From a virus (Duplodnaviria; Caudoviricetes): a DNA stretch of 62,870 bases. The position numbers and the translations under genes are program-made. Shown here piece by piece: positions 46,084-55,811 of the stretch; within the stretch, counting starts at the first letter, position 1, and each line of letters opens with the position of its first letter. The stretch is from the IMG/VR virus record IMGVR_UViG_3300037066_000002, positions 1 to 62,870 of that record. One strand, written 5' to 3'. The notes beneath the pieces were generated by a model. It saw only the letters and a program-made list of their open reading frames with translations. It was not told where the DNA came from and searched no databases.

Positions 46084-47184
46084 TCAGGTTGGTGGAGTAT
46101 AGGCCGTTATCAGCCCATTAACAACCGTCAGCGATCCGTTTGAACCTGTTACCGCCGTCAGTTTTGCAAGCGCAACTGTCCCGCTGAATCCCGATGTGCC
46201 AGGGAACGTGATGGCTACATTCTGGGCAAATGTCGTCAAGCCTTTGGCGTTTGTGGTGAATTGCGCTACATGCGTGGCGTCACCGAATGTGCCTGTAGTT
46301 GAGTTGACTGTGGTCAACGTCAGCGCCCCGGTATCTGCCAAACTCGCATCGCCCGAAACCGTCTCTGCCGCCGGAAGACCAGTACCTTGGCCGATCCAGA
46401 TTTTGGTGTCCGCGAGCGCCGCTGCAATAATCTGATGAGAGGAGTTGGAGGAAAGAACCGTGGCAGATGCCGGAACTGCGGGCGTCTGAACCCACGCACT
46501 TCCGCTCCAGTATTCCGTAATCGTGAGGGTGGAATCGCGAAACTCAAGGCCCGTATCGTTGACTCCCAGCGATGCTCCGTTAAACCCTGTCGTCGGGCGT
46601 GATGCCGTAGCGGCGATATATGCACCTGCTGCGTAGACCCACGCATTGGAACCGCTAACGACCTGAACGATGTAGATCACATCGCGAGTGGTATCAAGAA
46701 ACACCGTCCCGACCACCTCCGAAGAGGGAGGGTATTTTGCAAGCGTGAAGTTTGCATACGTGTCTTCGATTACGGAAGCGATAGCGGCCTGTGGAAGCCA
46801 TTGTCCTGGCTGCGGAGATCCGTTGAAGCGGTACAGTATCCCGTTGACGCTGATGAGAGAACCGTTTTGCGATGCAGGGTCCTGAGGTGATGGAAGCGAT
46901 GTGTACGCCGGGATGTAAGAGCGTTGCGCCTGGGCGAGGATTCCCAGGATCTGAGTCACGTTTGCCATCTGCGGAGTTGCGAGTGTTGCGGACGATCCGG
47001 ACTGAATAATCGTCGTCGTTCCCGGCGCTCCCTGCGCACCCGTTGCTCCGGCTGCTCCCGGTTGCGGCTTGATCGCAGTGAGCGCATCCTGCGCATCGTA
47101 GAGCATATTCCGCAGAGTTCTAAACTCGTTTTGAACCGATCGGGAAACTTCGGGAATGATCGGGAAATTGCGCTCGGCTGTCAT
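46084..47184 (-). CDS. Tail fibre-like protein
   Basis: Short collagen-like stretch, YWSGSAW and TTNAKG fibre motifs. Confidence 0.6.
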   Translation of the reverse strand: MTAERNFPIIPEVSRSVQNEFRTLRNMLYDAQDALTAIKPQPGAAGATGAQGAPGTTTIIQSGSSATLATPQMANVTQILGILAQAQRSYIPAYTSLPSPQDPASQNGSLISVNGILYRFNGSPQPGQWLPQAAIASVIEDTYANFTLAKYPPSSEVVGTVFLDTTRDVIYIVQVVSGSNAWVYAAGAYIAATASRPTTGFNGASLGVNDTGLEFRDSTLTITEYWSGSAWVQTPAVPASATVLSSNSSHQIIAAALADTKIWIGQGTGLPAAETVSGDASLADTGALTLTTVNSTTGTFGDATHVAQFTTNAKGLTTFAQNVAITFPGTSGFSGTVALAKLTAVTGSNGSLTVVNGLITAYTPPT

Positions 47185-49619
47185 GGCGTCTGCGTCTGCC
47201 AGAATCCGCCTGAGTTGTACGTAACCGTCAAGATCTGCCCAGACGGGATTCCGGTCCCCAGGTTGGCTTGGTATACGCTGTATATCGGCAACGCGCTTCC
47301 TCCCTGATATGCCAATGTATTACTTGCATTCGCGCGAAGGCTGAAGTTCATGCTGAGGTTGAGTGTTAGTCCTGCGCTTAGCGGAGGACCGACACCCGCC
47401 GCTGTGGTCAGGGCGTTATTGGTTCCGTTCGCAGGAATTAAGTTGATTGGCCCGATATAGTTGGAAACATTACCCTCGGGGGCGCTTAGAACCCCGGATA
47501 CCGTCAGCGTCCCGTTGACGATGGTATTCCCGATCGTGGTCGCTCCTCCCGAAAACGACGGGACCTCGAGCGTGCCCCCGTTGTATGCGAGCACATAAGC
47601 CGCGCTCGATGGGCTGGTTACGAGGTTCGCCAGGAGCGTGATGACTCCGGTCCCCGTGTTGATCGACTGGATTCTGTAGGCGTGGCCGCCGACAAATACG
47701 GACGAGTCGGTGCCGGGGGCGGAGGTACCCGCCATTGCGGCCGTCAAGGTCCCCCCGGAAATTGTCAGGGTGTTCGTGCCTGACGTGCCGGTTGCGGTGC
47801 CGGTCGAATATTTTATTCCCTGACCTCCATTCGTTGTCGTCAAAATAGAAGAACCGCCGATTCCTGCGGTGTTGTCGGCCCAGGTAAGATTATTGAAGCT
47901 CAAAAATGAATTCGTCGCCGATCCAGGGAAAAGTTTATCGGACATACTGGCGTTCGGCGACTGAATGTTCACGTTCTCAAATTCAAAGATACCGGGAGGT
48001 GCCGGCCCTACATAGCCGGGAGTATGCACCATCGTAATCAACTCGTCGGAGCGGTACGGAAATATTACAACTCCCTGAACCTTGGCATTTCCACCTGCAT
48101 TTGAGATTGCCAGAGTCGTAGTATTGCAGCAAACGATGCGCCCGCCTATGACCTGCCAATTCCCTGCATTTGAGATCAGAAAACTGCCCTGCGTCTCAGT
48201 GTCCACGTCATAGATTTCGTCGGTGAACGCCGACAGGCCATTCATGTAGAAATCGGAAGTTGAGTTCTGCATTCCCCCGCTTTGCCATACGAATGACGCC
48301 GCGAATCCCGGTGTTGTGCCTCCGCTTGCCGCCACTCCGTACTGCCCGGTCGATCCGCCATAGTAGCCGAGGCACTGGTTTGCAGTAAGTCGGTGAGAGT
48401 AAGACTCTCCACCTTGAAGGTCAAAGCAGGCGTAGTTGTATCCGGTGGCGAAGTTCTTTTCAAACACGCCGAAATCGTTGTTTGTGGCCCCGTTTCCATC
48501 GACTAAAATAAAGTCGTAGATCAGGTTATTGGCAGCGCTAAGGGTATTGTTGTAGACATGGAATCCAGTGCTTGTAACCGCTCCAGTCGTGAACTCCATT
48601 GCCGCAGCGCCGGCGCTGCTCATCGGGTAGGTGGCATTGGTCACAATGAACGTGCATCCGTGGATCGAGGCATTGCTTGTTCCGGTGAACTTGAAAAAGG
48701 GAACGTTCGATACCGTTGTCGAGGCCCAGTAGAATTTTGAGCCGGTAAGGCAGTTGACTTCCGCCCCATAGGTGGAATTGACCGCAATCGACCCGTTCGT
48801 GTAATAACTCCCGGCCGGCACAGTTAAGACGCCCGCTACCTGGCTTGGATCTCCACCCGTGGTTATGATCGACGCCGCTGCCGCATTAAACGCCGCAGTT
48901 GTTGCCGTCGCCGTCCCGACTGTTCCCGTTGGGTCTGCTCCGAAGTTGATCGGCGTGACCGATGCGGGTGGGCGAACAAATGCGATCGTTCCGCCAGCCG
49001 AAATGTCATAGCATTGTTGCGTGGGCTGGCAATACGTGTCCTGTGATAGCGTCACCGTCTGCCCACTGGCAGGTTGAAGATAACCGCTCAGGAAGTTTAT
49101 CGCACACCCGGAATCGTTTTCGCTTGCCGCAATGACAATGGCCCCCGGTGCTGAAGTTTGAAGCGTTTGGCCGAGTGAGGCGGCGAGCACACACTGCTGA
49201 TGGAAAGTGTTCCCCGCACTCGGGTAGACGACCTGATTGACCGGCTCGATCCCGGGCACAGCGCCAATCGTGAACGGTGCTGCAATTCCGGCCCCCGAGA
49301 ACGTCAGATCGACAACCGACCCGTTAGCCGCGTAGAAGCTGTAGTAACCGTTGAATGTCGAACACGTCAGCGGATTTGCAAGCGCCGTTCCCGTATTCGT
49401 GGAATACAAAGTCGCCTTCGTACCCGGCGATCCCGTTCCGGTCAGATACACCGTCAGGGTTGCGCCGGGGTACGACTGCTGAACATTCGTGGTAGATTGC
49501 GCGGAGTTCGTGGCGACCTTTTGGCCGCCTTGCTCACAAAACCCCTCCCAGTGCGCGAGCGCCGAGGCTGTACCGGGAAATGACAAGAGTATGAAGAAGA
49601 GTACGGTTAAGCGGGCCAT
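47181..49619 (-). CDS. Tailspike-like beta-helix protein with signal peptide
   Basis: MARLTVLFFILLSFPGTASA-L; GATLTVY...ATLYS...LANP...YYSFYAANG attachment-like domain; NFGADPTG...TAAFNAA...LTVPAGSY. Confidence 0.75.
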   Translation of the reverse strand: MARLTVLFFILLSFPGTASALAHWEGFCEQGGQKVATNSAQSTTNVQQSYPGATLTVYLTGTGSPGTKATLYSTNTGTALANPLTCSTFNGYYSFYAANGSVVDLTFSGAGIAAPFTIGAVPGIEPVNQVVYPSAGNTFHQQCVLAASLGQTLQTSAPGAIVIAASENDSGCAINFLSGYLQPASGQTVTLSQDTYCQPTQQCYDISAGGTIAFVRPPASVTPINFGADPTGTVGTATATTAAFNAAAASIITTGGDPSQVAGVLTVPAGSYYTNGSIAVNSTYGAEVNCLTGSKFYWASTTVSNVPFFKFTGTSNASIHGCTFIVTNATYPMSSAGAAAMEFTTGAVTSTGFHVYNNTLSAANNLIYDFILVDGNGATNNDFGVFEKNFATGYNYACFDLQGGESYSHRLTANQCLGYYGGSTGQYGVAASGGTTPGFAASFVWQSGGMQNSTSDFYMNGLSAFTDEIYDVDTETQGSFLISNAGNWQVIGGRIVCCNTTTLAISNAGGNAKVQGVVIFPYRSDELITMVHTPGYVGPAPPGIFEFENVNIQSPNASMSDKLFPGSATNSFLSFNNLTWADNTAGIGGSSILTTTNGGQGIKYSTGTATGTSGTNTLTISGGTLTAAMAGTSAPGTDSSVFVGGHAYRIQSINTGTGVITLLANLVTSPSSAAYVLAYNGGTLEVPSFSGGATTIGNTIVNGTLTVSGVLSAPEGNVSNYIGPINLIPANGTNNALTTAAGVGPPLSAGLTLNLSMNFSLRANASNTLAYQGGSALPIYSVYQANLGTGIPSGQILTVTYNSGGFWQTQTP

Positions 49620-50212
49620 CAAGGACATTGTACGCCGACCGGAGCCGTGGGGCTGGTGACGAATACAAATGCCCACGCCCCGAAAGCGGCACAATCAAGC
49701 CCCGCGATGGCTCTGCCGAGGCCTGGACTGGACAGAAACTCACCGCCGACCAACATCAAAACCGCCGACAGGCAGAGGTAAGCGGACAGGATCGCGCAGA
49801 AGGCTCCCGGACGCGCTATGGTTGTTACGCCGGATGCTAATCCCAGTGCCAGCAGAATACCGCCGCAGAATTCCATGACGGGTTCAATCGGACTGCCGGG
49901 GTATCTGAGCGCGACCCAAAGGGACAGAGACGCTACGGCAGCGAATATGAGAGAAATCCATACGAGGAAAAGCGCGGGCTTGACGCAATACCGGACCACG
50001 TAGCCGAGCAGGAGAATCGATCCGAGTTGCTGGAATATCCAGAAGCGCGTGTACCAAGTGCCGGAATGGTGTGCGTAGGCGTCAAACAGAGCGGCATCCA
50101 AAACCTCCACGAATACGGCCCAGACCGCCCACGATAGAGGAGATTTCCGCAGTCCGAAGACGATTGCGACTCCGCGAATCAGGAATGCGGCGATCCAGAG
50201 TTTAAGCGTCAT
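49619..50212 (-). CDS. Polytopic membrane protein (~6-7 TM)
   Basis: 197 aa, mostly hydrophobic; coupled on both sides. Confidence 0.7.
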   Translation of the reverse strand: MTLKLWIAAFLIRGVAIVFGLRKSPLSWAVWAVFVEVLDAALFDAYAHHSGTWYTRFWIFQQLGSILLLGYVVRYCVKPALFLVWISLIFAAVASLSLWVALRYPGSPIEPVMEFCGGILLALGLASGVTTIARPGAFCAILSAYLCLSAVLMLVGGEFLSSPGLGRAIAGLDCAAFGAWAFVFVTSPTAPVGVQCP

Positions 50213-51141
50213 TAGAACTTGCGAACGGACTCCATTCTCCTCAACGCTTCCAGCGCTGTTTCTCCCGGCAGCATCTCCCACCCGCAGCCGGTGCATCCGC
50301 CCTTCCATGAGCCGGTTTCTTCGCCGACTTCTTCGTTGAAATCGATGCTGATCGATTGCCGTACTCTCTCGAATAGCGATGTCCACTTGAAGCACTTTGG
50401 ACGCCACGCGCGGCGCTCCACGTAGACCGTCGCGATGCGTTCCTGTACCTCGCCGTTCTTGCGCACGTATCGGTACGGGTATTGCAACTCCTCGCGTCCG
50501 TCCGGTTCTTTTGTGACGCCGCCATTGAGCGGCGACGGTCTGCCGACTTCCCAAGATCCGACGAACGGAACCCATGAGTACTTTACCGGCGGCGTGCCGG
50601 TCCCATACTCCGCGCGTCTGACCTCATTGCGCATGTGGACTGGCTCAAAAGGATTAATGCTGAAACAGACGCCGCGAACGCACCAGGGATCGGCCATCAC
50701 TGTTTCGTTGCGTTTCGACCAGACGTTTATCCAGACGCTTCCACCGTGAATGCGGACGCCGCAATGTCGTTCGTCGATAACGATCACGTCCCGATAGTTT
50801 GTGTCGTTCAGCGGCTTGCGGGGCAGAAGTTTCGACAGCCAAGCCCAGTTCGTAGAGAGCGAGAACCAAAGCGCAACCGGCGGGAACGCCAGCATGAGTG
50901 TCACGTCTTCGTCGCTGATATCGAAGTCGATTCCGCAAAAGTGCGACCAAAGATTCCAGCATAACTCGATGGTTCGCGAGTGGCCATAATTGACGCTCTC
51001 AAGCGGAAAATGCCACCATGCGCGACCGTGCCGAAGTCCGCTTCCCGTCGTTCCGTCCTTGCGTTCGTTGAGGTTTTGCCAGTGCCACCAGAAACGCTGC
51101 ACAGGCTCAGTTGAGGATTTCAGAAGAACTTCTGGGGTCAT
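50212..51141 (-). CDS. Trp-rich phage hypothetical protein
   Basis: C-terminal EVGEETGSWKGG..GC..EMLPGE motif. Confidence 0.75.
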   Translation of the reverse strand: MTPEVLLKSSTEPVQRFWWHWQNLNERKDGTTGSGLRHGRAWWHFPLESVNYGHSRTIELCWNLWSHFCGIDFDISDEDVTLMLAFPPVALWFSLSTNWAWLSKLLPRKPLNDTNYRDVIVIDERHCGVRIHGGSVWINVWSKRNETVMADPWCVRGVCFSINPFEPVHMRNEVRRAEYGTGTPPVKYSWVPFVGSWEVGRPSPLNGGVTKEPDGREELQYPYRYVRKNGEVQERIATVYVERRAWRPKCFKWTSLFERVRQSISIDFNEEVGEETGSWKGGCTGCGWEMLPGETALEALRRMESVRKF

Positions 51142-51144
51142 AAC

Positions 51145-51285
51145 TTATTCTCCATCGTCGGGAGGGAGTCCGGTCGAAGGGTCGGGCGGCGGGGCAGTTG
51201 CGGGTTTCCGCGACCCACAATACGGGCATGTCGGGTCCACTACTATCCCCTTACATTCAGGACAAACGTCTTTCTGTTCAGGCAT
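51145..51285 (-). CDS. 46-aa Zn-finger mini-protein
   Basis: CPECKG...CPYCG; TAATAT 6 nt upstream. Confidence 0.5.
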   Translation of the reverse strand: MPEQKDVCPECKGIVVDPTCPYCGSRKPATAPPPDPSTGLPPDDGE

Positions 51286-51294
51286 GGAATGATA

Positions 51295-51435
51295 TTACCG
51301 CGACTTGCAGCGCCGAAACCAGCAGCGTAGCCCGCGCGCACCGGAGCGGAGGTAACTGTTAATCGCGGCGAACGCCGCGTTGAGCACTGCGAGGCTTCCA
51401 AAGACGATCCCGAGGGCTTTGAAAAAACGGTCCAT
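51295..51435 (-). CDS. 46-aa single-TM peptide with basic tail
   Basis: MDRFFKALGIVFGSLAVLNAAFAAINSYLRSG...RRCKSR. Confidence 0.45.
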   Translation of the reverse strand: MDRFFKALGIVFGSLAVLNAAFAAINSYLRSGARGLRCWFRRCKSR

Positions 51436-51506
51436 GACCTGTACGTATCATAAAGAACCGGCAAAATGATTGTTAATGCGGTTTATTTTCGGGAAAAAGA
51501 ACGGAA

Positions 51507-51911
51507 TCAATCGCCCTGCTGCGGATGCTCGCGACGGAGCATCGCGTGCATCCATCCCCTGATCTCCTGTACCGCGCCTTCGAGTTTGTCGGTTTGGCTG
51601 GTAATGTGATCGAGCTTGACGGTCTGCGCGTCCTGTTTTTTGTCGAGAGAGGCGGTTATGTTCTTCAATTCGGCATTGCTGACCGAGAGTTCTGCGAACC
51701 TCTTATCGTCCTGCTCGTTATGCGCCTTTATTTCTTCCTTTGCGGCTGCGATCTCTCTAGGCGTTGATCTCATTTCGTGGAGCAGTTTCAGGTTATCTTT
51801 CCCCTGCTTCCCGAGCCACCCCAACAGCGCCAGTATCCCGGCTCCGATAATCATCACCCCGACGTTGTACATCGAAACCAGATAGAGAGGAGGATTAGCG
51901 GGCGGAGGCAT
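51507..51911 (-). CDS. TM plus coiled-coil protein (holin-like candidate)
   Basis: One N-terminal TM, heptads; TATAAT 8 nt upstream. Confidence 0.55.
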   Translation of the reverse strand: MPPPANPPLYLVSMYNVGVMIIGAGILALLGWLGKQGKDNLKLLHEMRSTPREIAAAKEEIKAHNEQDDKRFAELSVSNAELKNITASLDKKQDAQTVKLDHITSQTDKLEGAVQEIRGWMHAMLRREHPQQGD

Positions 51912-52117
51912 CTGTGCGGATTATAGCGCACGGTTTGAGGAATTACGCATTCGTAGTTCCGCAATGCGATATTCCAGAACCGTCAACCGCGCCGAAACAA
52001 TGGCCCGTAATGCGTCTTCCCTGCTTAATCTTCCGAGCGTCCAGGCGTACACGAGGATTTCTGCCGTCATGAAAATTATTGTTGCACTGAGAAACGTTAT
52101 ATGCAAGACTATAAATC

Positions 52118-52312
52118 GTGACGCCACAAGAAAGAAAAAAGCGTTTTGAGTCGCGGTTGAGATTGGCCCGGGCGGTTTTCCGCGGTTCGATAGAGCCGAG
52201 AATCGCCGCCGTTAAAGCGGGGTGCGCCCCCAGTAATGTTTACCAGGTTCTCGGAGCGGTCCTGATGCGGGCAGGGCGCGAAGGCATGCTCAGATTGGTG
52301 GATGAAAAGTGA
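52118..52312 (+). CDS. Small HTH/Cro-like protein
   Basis: RIAAVKAGCAPSNVYQVL; TTGCAC-17-AAGACT upstream. Confidence 0.45.
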   Translation: MTPQERKKRFESRLRLARAVFRGSIEPRIAAVKAGCAPSNVYQVLGAVLMRAGREGMLRLVDEK

Positions 52313-52566
52313 AAGTCGAATGGAAAGACACGAGCTTTAACCGCTCGATTCAGTTCACGATGCAGGGGCTTCCTTCTGGCTTTGGGGTATGTGTCAGCAA
52401 CTATGCAGGCCAAGGATGGAGGATTAATTTGGGCGGCGGCAAGGTTTACGAATCCGCAGATGCCGCGAAGGTTGCGGCATTGAAAGATAGCGTGAGGCGG
52501 GCGCGGCGTGCGTCTAAGATGTACGCGGAACTGGCGGAAGCACTCAATGAAATGGAGGCAATATGA
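52309..52566 (+). CDS. Hypothetical protein
   Basis: GTGA coupling. Confidence 0.6.
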   Translation: MKVEWKDTSFNRSIQFTMQGLPSGFGVCVSNYAGQGWRINLGGGKVYESADAAKVAALKDSVRRARRASKMYAELAEALNEMEAI

Positions 52567-52805
52567 CGGAACTGATTATGTGCGTTCTCGGCGTCGCGAC
52601 CGTAGTTTCTTTTATCGCCTACGCCTTCGGACCCTGCAAGCATTCCCGAACGACGTTTCCGCAGTCTGAGCGGTCGGCGCGGTACGCTTCGGTGACGTGT
52701 TTAGATTGCGGACGAAAGTTTGGTTACGACTGGCGGGAGATGCGTATGATCGAGGAAATTACCGCGTGTGAGAATGCTGGCGAACGGACGGAGCGACTTA
52801 TATGA
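52563..52805 (+). CDS. Small Zn-binding membrane-anchored protein
   Basis: CKHSRTTFP...VTCLDCGRKFGYDWREM. Confidence 0.7.
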   Translation: MTELIMCVLGVATVVSFIAYAFGPCKHSRTTFPQSERSARYASVTCLDCGRKFGYDWREMRMIEEITACENAGERTERLI

Positions 52806-52999
52806 TTGACCATCCGCGCAATCTTTCAGACCTTCTGGATAACGCATGGGAGCGGCATTGTGATCTGCGAAGGGATAAGGCGGATGAAATCGCGGAGTCG
52901 CGGTCGATGCAACTGACGCCAAAAGATCCCAGAAAAGCGAAGCGGCAGACTGCGGCGGCGCGAAAGAATCGCGATTCGTGGGGAGATATTCGGATATGA
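52802..52999 (+). CDS. Hypothetical protein
   Basis: ATGA coupling. Confidence 0.55.
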   Translation: MIDHPRNLSDLLDNAWERHCDLRRDKADEIAESRSMQLTPKDPRKAKRQTAAARKNRDSWGDIRI

Positions 53000-53005
53000 T
53001 GCACT

Positions 53006-53353
53006 TTGCGAACCGATTATTTCAATCCGTACCGCGACGAACCTCGTCAGGTCGATTACGATCAGGTGGCCGCCGACTGGGAGCGGAGGTTTCGCCCCGA
53101 TTCAGCAGTACGCGAGGTCGATACGAACGAATTGCCTGATGCCGAGCCGGAACCTCACTTCTCGCCCATTCAGTTCGTGCCGAACAAACTGCGCGAGTGT
53201 TCCAGTCCGACTGGTCATGTTTGGACCTGGCAAGGGAAGTGCGGATTCCAGAAGCGGTATCGCGTGAAGTGCGGAATCTGCAAGGCAACGCGGTTCTCTA
53301 CCGAGGCGGAGTATTTTTCGATTAAGCACAAGATGGGGCCGAAGCCGAAGTGA
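53006..53353 (+). CDS. Hypothetical Zn-ribbon protein
   Basis: C...H...CGIC. Confidence 0.55.
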   Translation: MRTDYFNPYRDEPRQVDYDQVAADWERRFRPDSAVREVDTNELPDAEPEPHFSPIQFVPNKLRECSSPTGHVWTWQGKCGFQKRYRVKCGICKATRFSTEAEYFSIKHKMGPKPK

Positions 53354-53967
53354 ATACCCGCGACCGCCAGATCCGGGAAGCAACCGACCTGCAAGCGCTG
53401 GTCGAATCCTACGGCGTGAAGTTGCGCCGGTGCGCGCCGAACACAGTTATTGGTCGATGCCCATTCCACACCGATAAGTCTCCCAGCCTACGTATCAACC
53501 TTCCAGGACACGCATATCCTGAACGCTGGAAGTGCTGGTCGGGTTGCGGAGCGGGCGATGCTGTCGACTTCCTTATTAAGATCGAGGGCATCTCGAAGTT
53601 CGAGGCCGTAAAGCGTCTGGCCGCGACGGCGGGCATCTCTCTCTCCGAAGATGAAACGCCTGAACAGCGCAAGTCTCGCATTCGCAAACAGAAGCAGGAT
53701 GCCATTGACCGGCCCCGCGCTCTCCGGTATTTCCGCGACAGGTGGAAGTACTGGCGGGGCGCGCTGAATCGGGCGATGCGGGATGGACCGCCGGAGTACA
53801 ACAGCAATGAGTACCGCTGGGCGGATACTTACGGGGCGATGATGCGGCTGTGCGAGAAACTCGCCGGGACGGAGGCGGGGCTGGAGGCTTTTAGGAGAAT
53901 ACATGGGCGAGCAGCGAATTATAAGGCAGGTCGGGAACCACTTTTCAGGTCTTGGAAATCTGGATAA
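53350..53967 (+). CDS. CHC2 zinc-finger (DnaG-type ZBD) protein lacking TOPRIM
   Basis: CPFHTDKSPSL...WKCWSGCGAGDAVDF. Confidence 0.88.
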   Translation: MNTRDRQIREATDLQALVESYGVKLRRCAPNTVIGRCPFHTDKSPSLRINLPGHAYPERWKCWSGCGAGDAVDFLIKIEGISKFEAVKRLAATAGISLSEDETPEQRKSRIRKQKQDAIDRPRALRYFRDRWKYWRGALNRAMRDGPPEYNSNEYRWADTYGAMMRLCEKLAGTEAGLEAFRRIHGRAANYKAGREPLFRSWKSG

Positions 53968-54025
53968 ATGTAATCCGGGATGCAGCCAGTACCTCTAGCA
54001 AAAAATTATAAACCAAAGGAGACAC

Positions 54026-54169
54026 ATGGCTGATTACGCCGAACGAACGCCGCTCCCGGATCACGACAAATGCGCGGCCTGCGGGCATGTCCGCGCGGCG
54101 CATGGCTCGAACGGTATGGTTTGCGGTGCCTGTGGGTGCTTGCGGTTTGTTGCCGAGATAAAACTGTGA
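54026..54169 (+). CDS. 47-aa Cys/His mini-protein
   Basis: AAGGAG RBS; CAACGH...H...CGACGC. Confidence 0.6.
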   Translation: MADYAERTPLPDHDKCAACGHVRAAHGSNGMVCGACGCLRFVAEIKL

Positions 54170-55158
54170 AGGCACCGTTCCCTTGGTTTGGAGGGAAATC
54201 GAAAGTATCCGATCTCGTATGGGATCGATTCGGTGACGTGCCGAATTACATTGAGCCTTTCTTCGGTTCCGGCGCTGTTCTGCTGAATCGCCCACATGCG
54301 GCATCGACCGAGACGATAAACGACCTGGATTGCATGGTGGCCAACTTCTGGCGGGCGCTTCAGAACGATCCAGATGCGGTGGCGTATCACGCCGATAATC
54401 CGGTGAACGAAGCGGATCAGCACGCGCGGCATTTGTGGCTGTGTTCTCAGTCTGAGTTCCGCGAGACGATGAAAGTGGACCCGGAGTTTTATGACGCAAA
54501 AATTGCAGGATGGTGGGTATGGGGACAATGTATCTGGATCGGAGCCGGATGGTGCGCAAAGCAGCTACCTCACCTCGGGAACGCGGGGAAAGGGCTGAAT
54601 CGCCAGCTACCTCACCTCGGGAACGCGGGCACGGGCGTACATCGTAAGCGACCTCACCTCGGCGCGGGCACGGGCGTATGTTTAGCCGAGGAAGAGGACG
54701 CAAGCGACCTCACCTCGGGAACGCTCACCGGACTTTCGATGCGCGCCTACATGCGCGAACTTGCGGAGCGGCTGCGCCGAGTGCGAGTGTGCTGCGGGGA
54801 CTGGTCCCGCATCTGCGGCCCTTCTGTGACTTTCAAGCATGGTATTACGGGTGTTTTCCTCGATCCGCCATACGCGGATACCGCCGACCGGCAAACGGAC
54901 CTGTACAGCGCCGACAGCGCGACCGTGGCGCATGATGTTCGGAAGTGGGCAATCGAGAGCGGGGATAACCCGCTGATGCGGATTGCGCTGTGCGGCTATG
55001 AGGGCGAGCATGCAATGCCGGAATCATGGGATTGCGTGGCGTGGAAAGCGAAAGGCGGATACGGATCGCAAGGAACCGGGCGCGGACGCGAGAACGCTGG
55101 CAAGGAGCGCGTGTGGTTCAGTCCGCACTGCCGCGCAGAGATGGGACTATTCGCATGA
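54166..55158 (+). CDS. DNA adenine methyltransferase (Dam/D12-like)
   Basis: APFPWFGGKS, YIEPFFGSGAV, FLDPPY. Confidence 0.92.
   Translation: MKAPFPWFGGKSKVSDLVWDRFGDVPNYIEPFFGSGAVLLNRPHAASTETINDLDCMVANFWRALQNDPDAVAYHADNPVNEADQHARHLWLCSQSEFRETMKVDPEFYDAKIAGWWVWGQCIWIGAGWCAKQLPHLGNAGKGLNRQLPHLGNAGTGVHRKRPHLGAGTGVCLAEEEDASDLTSGTLTGLSMRAYMRELAERLRRVRVCCGDWSRICGPSVTFKHGITGVFLDPPYADTADRQTDLYSADSATVAHDVRKWAIESGDNPLMRIALCGYEGEHAMPESWDCVAWKAKGGYGSQGTGRGRENAGKERVWFSPHCRAEMGLFA
54562..54724 (+). repeat. Four intragenic ACCTCACCTCGG repeats (QLPHLGNAG units)
   Basis: Three in-frame PHLG units plus one frame-shifted copy (DLTSG). Confidence 0.8.
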
Positions 55159-55240
55159 CCCTCCGCCCCGCCCAGGTAATCTTCCGCGACTCCCTCCGCC
55201 GGGAAGCGGCGCGGGTTCGCGCTGTGCTCGGGGTGGCGGC

Positions 55241-55531
55241 ATGATCGGCTGGGCCGCAAAACCGAAGAAGAAGTTCGTTCCCCGGAACCGAAAGCAGATT
55301 CTTGGTGAGATCGCGGATGAAAAACGCCGCGTAATTAAGAGCACAGGAGGAAAGGCTGGTCACGATGCGCTTAACCTGTACTATGCGGATTATTTTCTTT
55401 CCCGCCGCGGAACCGATGAATACCCAGAGGGCTGTATTCAGATCCAGTACGCTCTGAATGTCTGCGAGCGGATGGGGATTTCGATTGAGGAGAATGTAAA
55501 TGAGATTCTTATGCTGGGGCGAGGGAAGTAA
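55241..55531 (+). CDS. Hypothetical protein
   Basis: ORF in operon. Confidence 0.55.
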   Translation: MIGWAAKPKKKFVPRNRKQILGEIADEKRRVIKSTGGKAGHDALNLYYADYFLSRRGTDEYPEGCIQIQYALNVCERMGISIEENVNEILMLGRGK

Positions 55532-55544
55532 AGGAGCGTTTGTT

Positions 55545-55742
55545 ATGCCATCAAGCAAGAAACCTACACGGACAGTGAACGGTAGCCTGCCAAGGAAGAA
55601 GAAGTCGGCCAGCGTGATTTCCAGGTACCGGGCAGAGGCCAAAGAAATTGCCACAGCGCGGCAGGCCATGGAGCGTGCCCACAGAGGCATTGAGTTTGAG
55701 CCAGAACGATTGCACTACGTAACTGTATCGCAAATGCGATAG
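55545..55742 (+). CDS. Small basic protein
   Basis: AAGGAG RBS. Confidence 0.5.
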   Translation: MPSSKKPTRTVNGSLPRKKKSASVISRYRAEAKEIATARQAMERAHRGIEFEPERLHYVTVSQMR

Positions 55743-55811
55743 CCTCCCGTACAAGACCTCGTGGCGGCGTGGGAAGCCAGCGAGCGGAGGTTGGAAAGAC
55801 AGGCAGCCTGA

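Noticed and set aside
54562-54724. Mini-CRISPR array
   Set aside because: Repeats are degenerate, closely spaced and lie inside an intact coding frame
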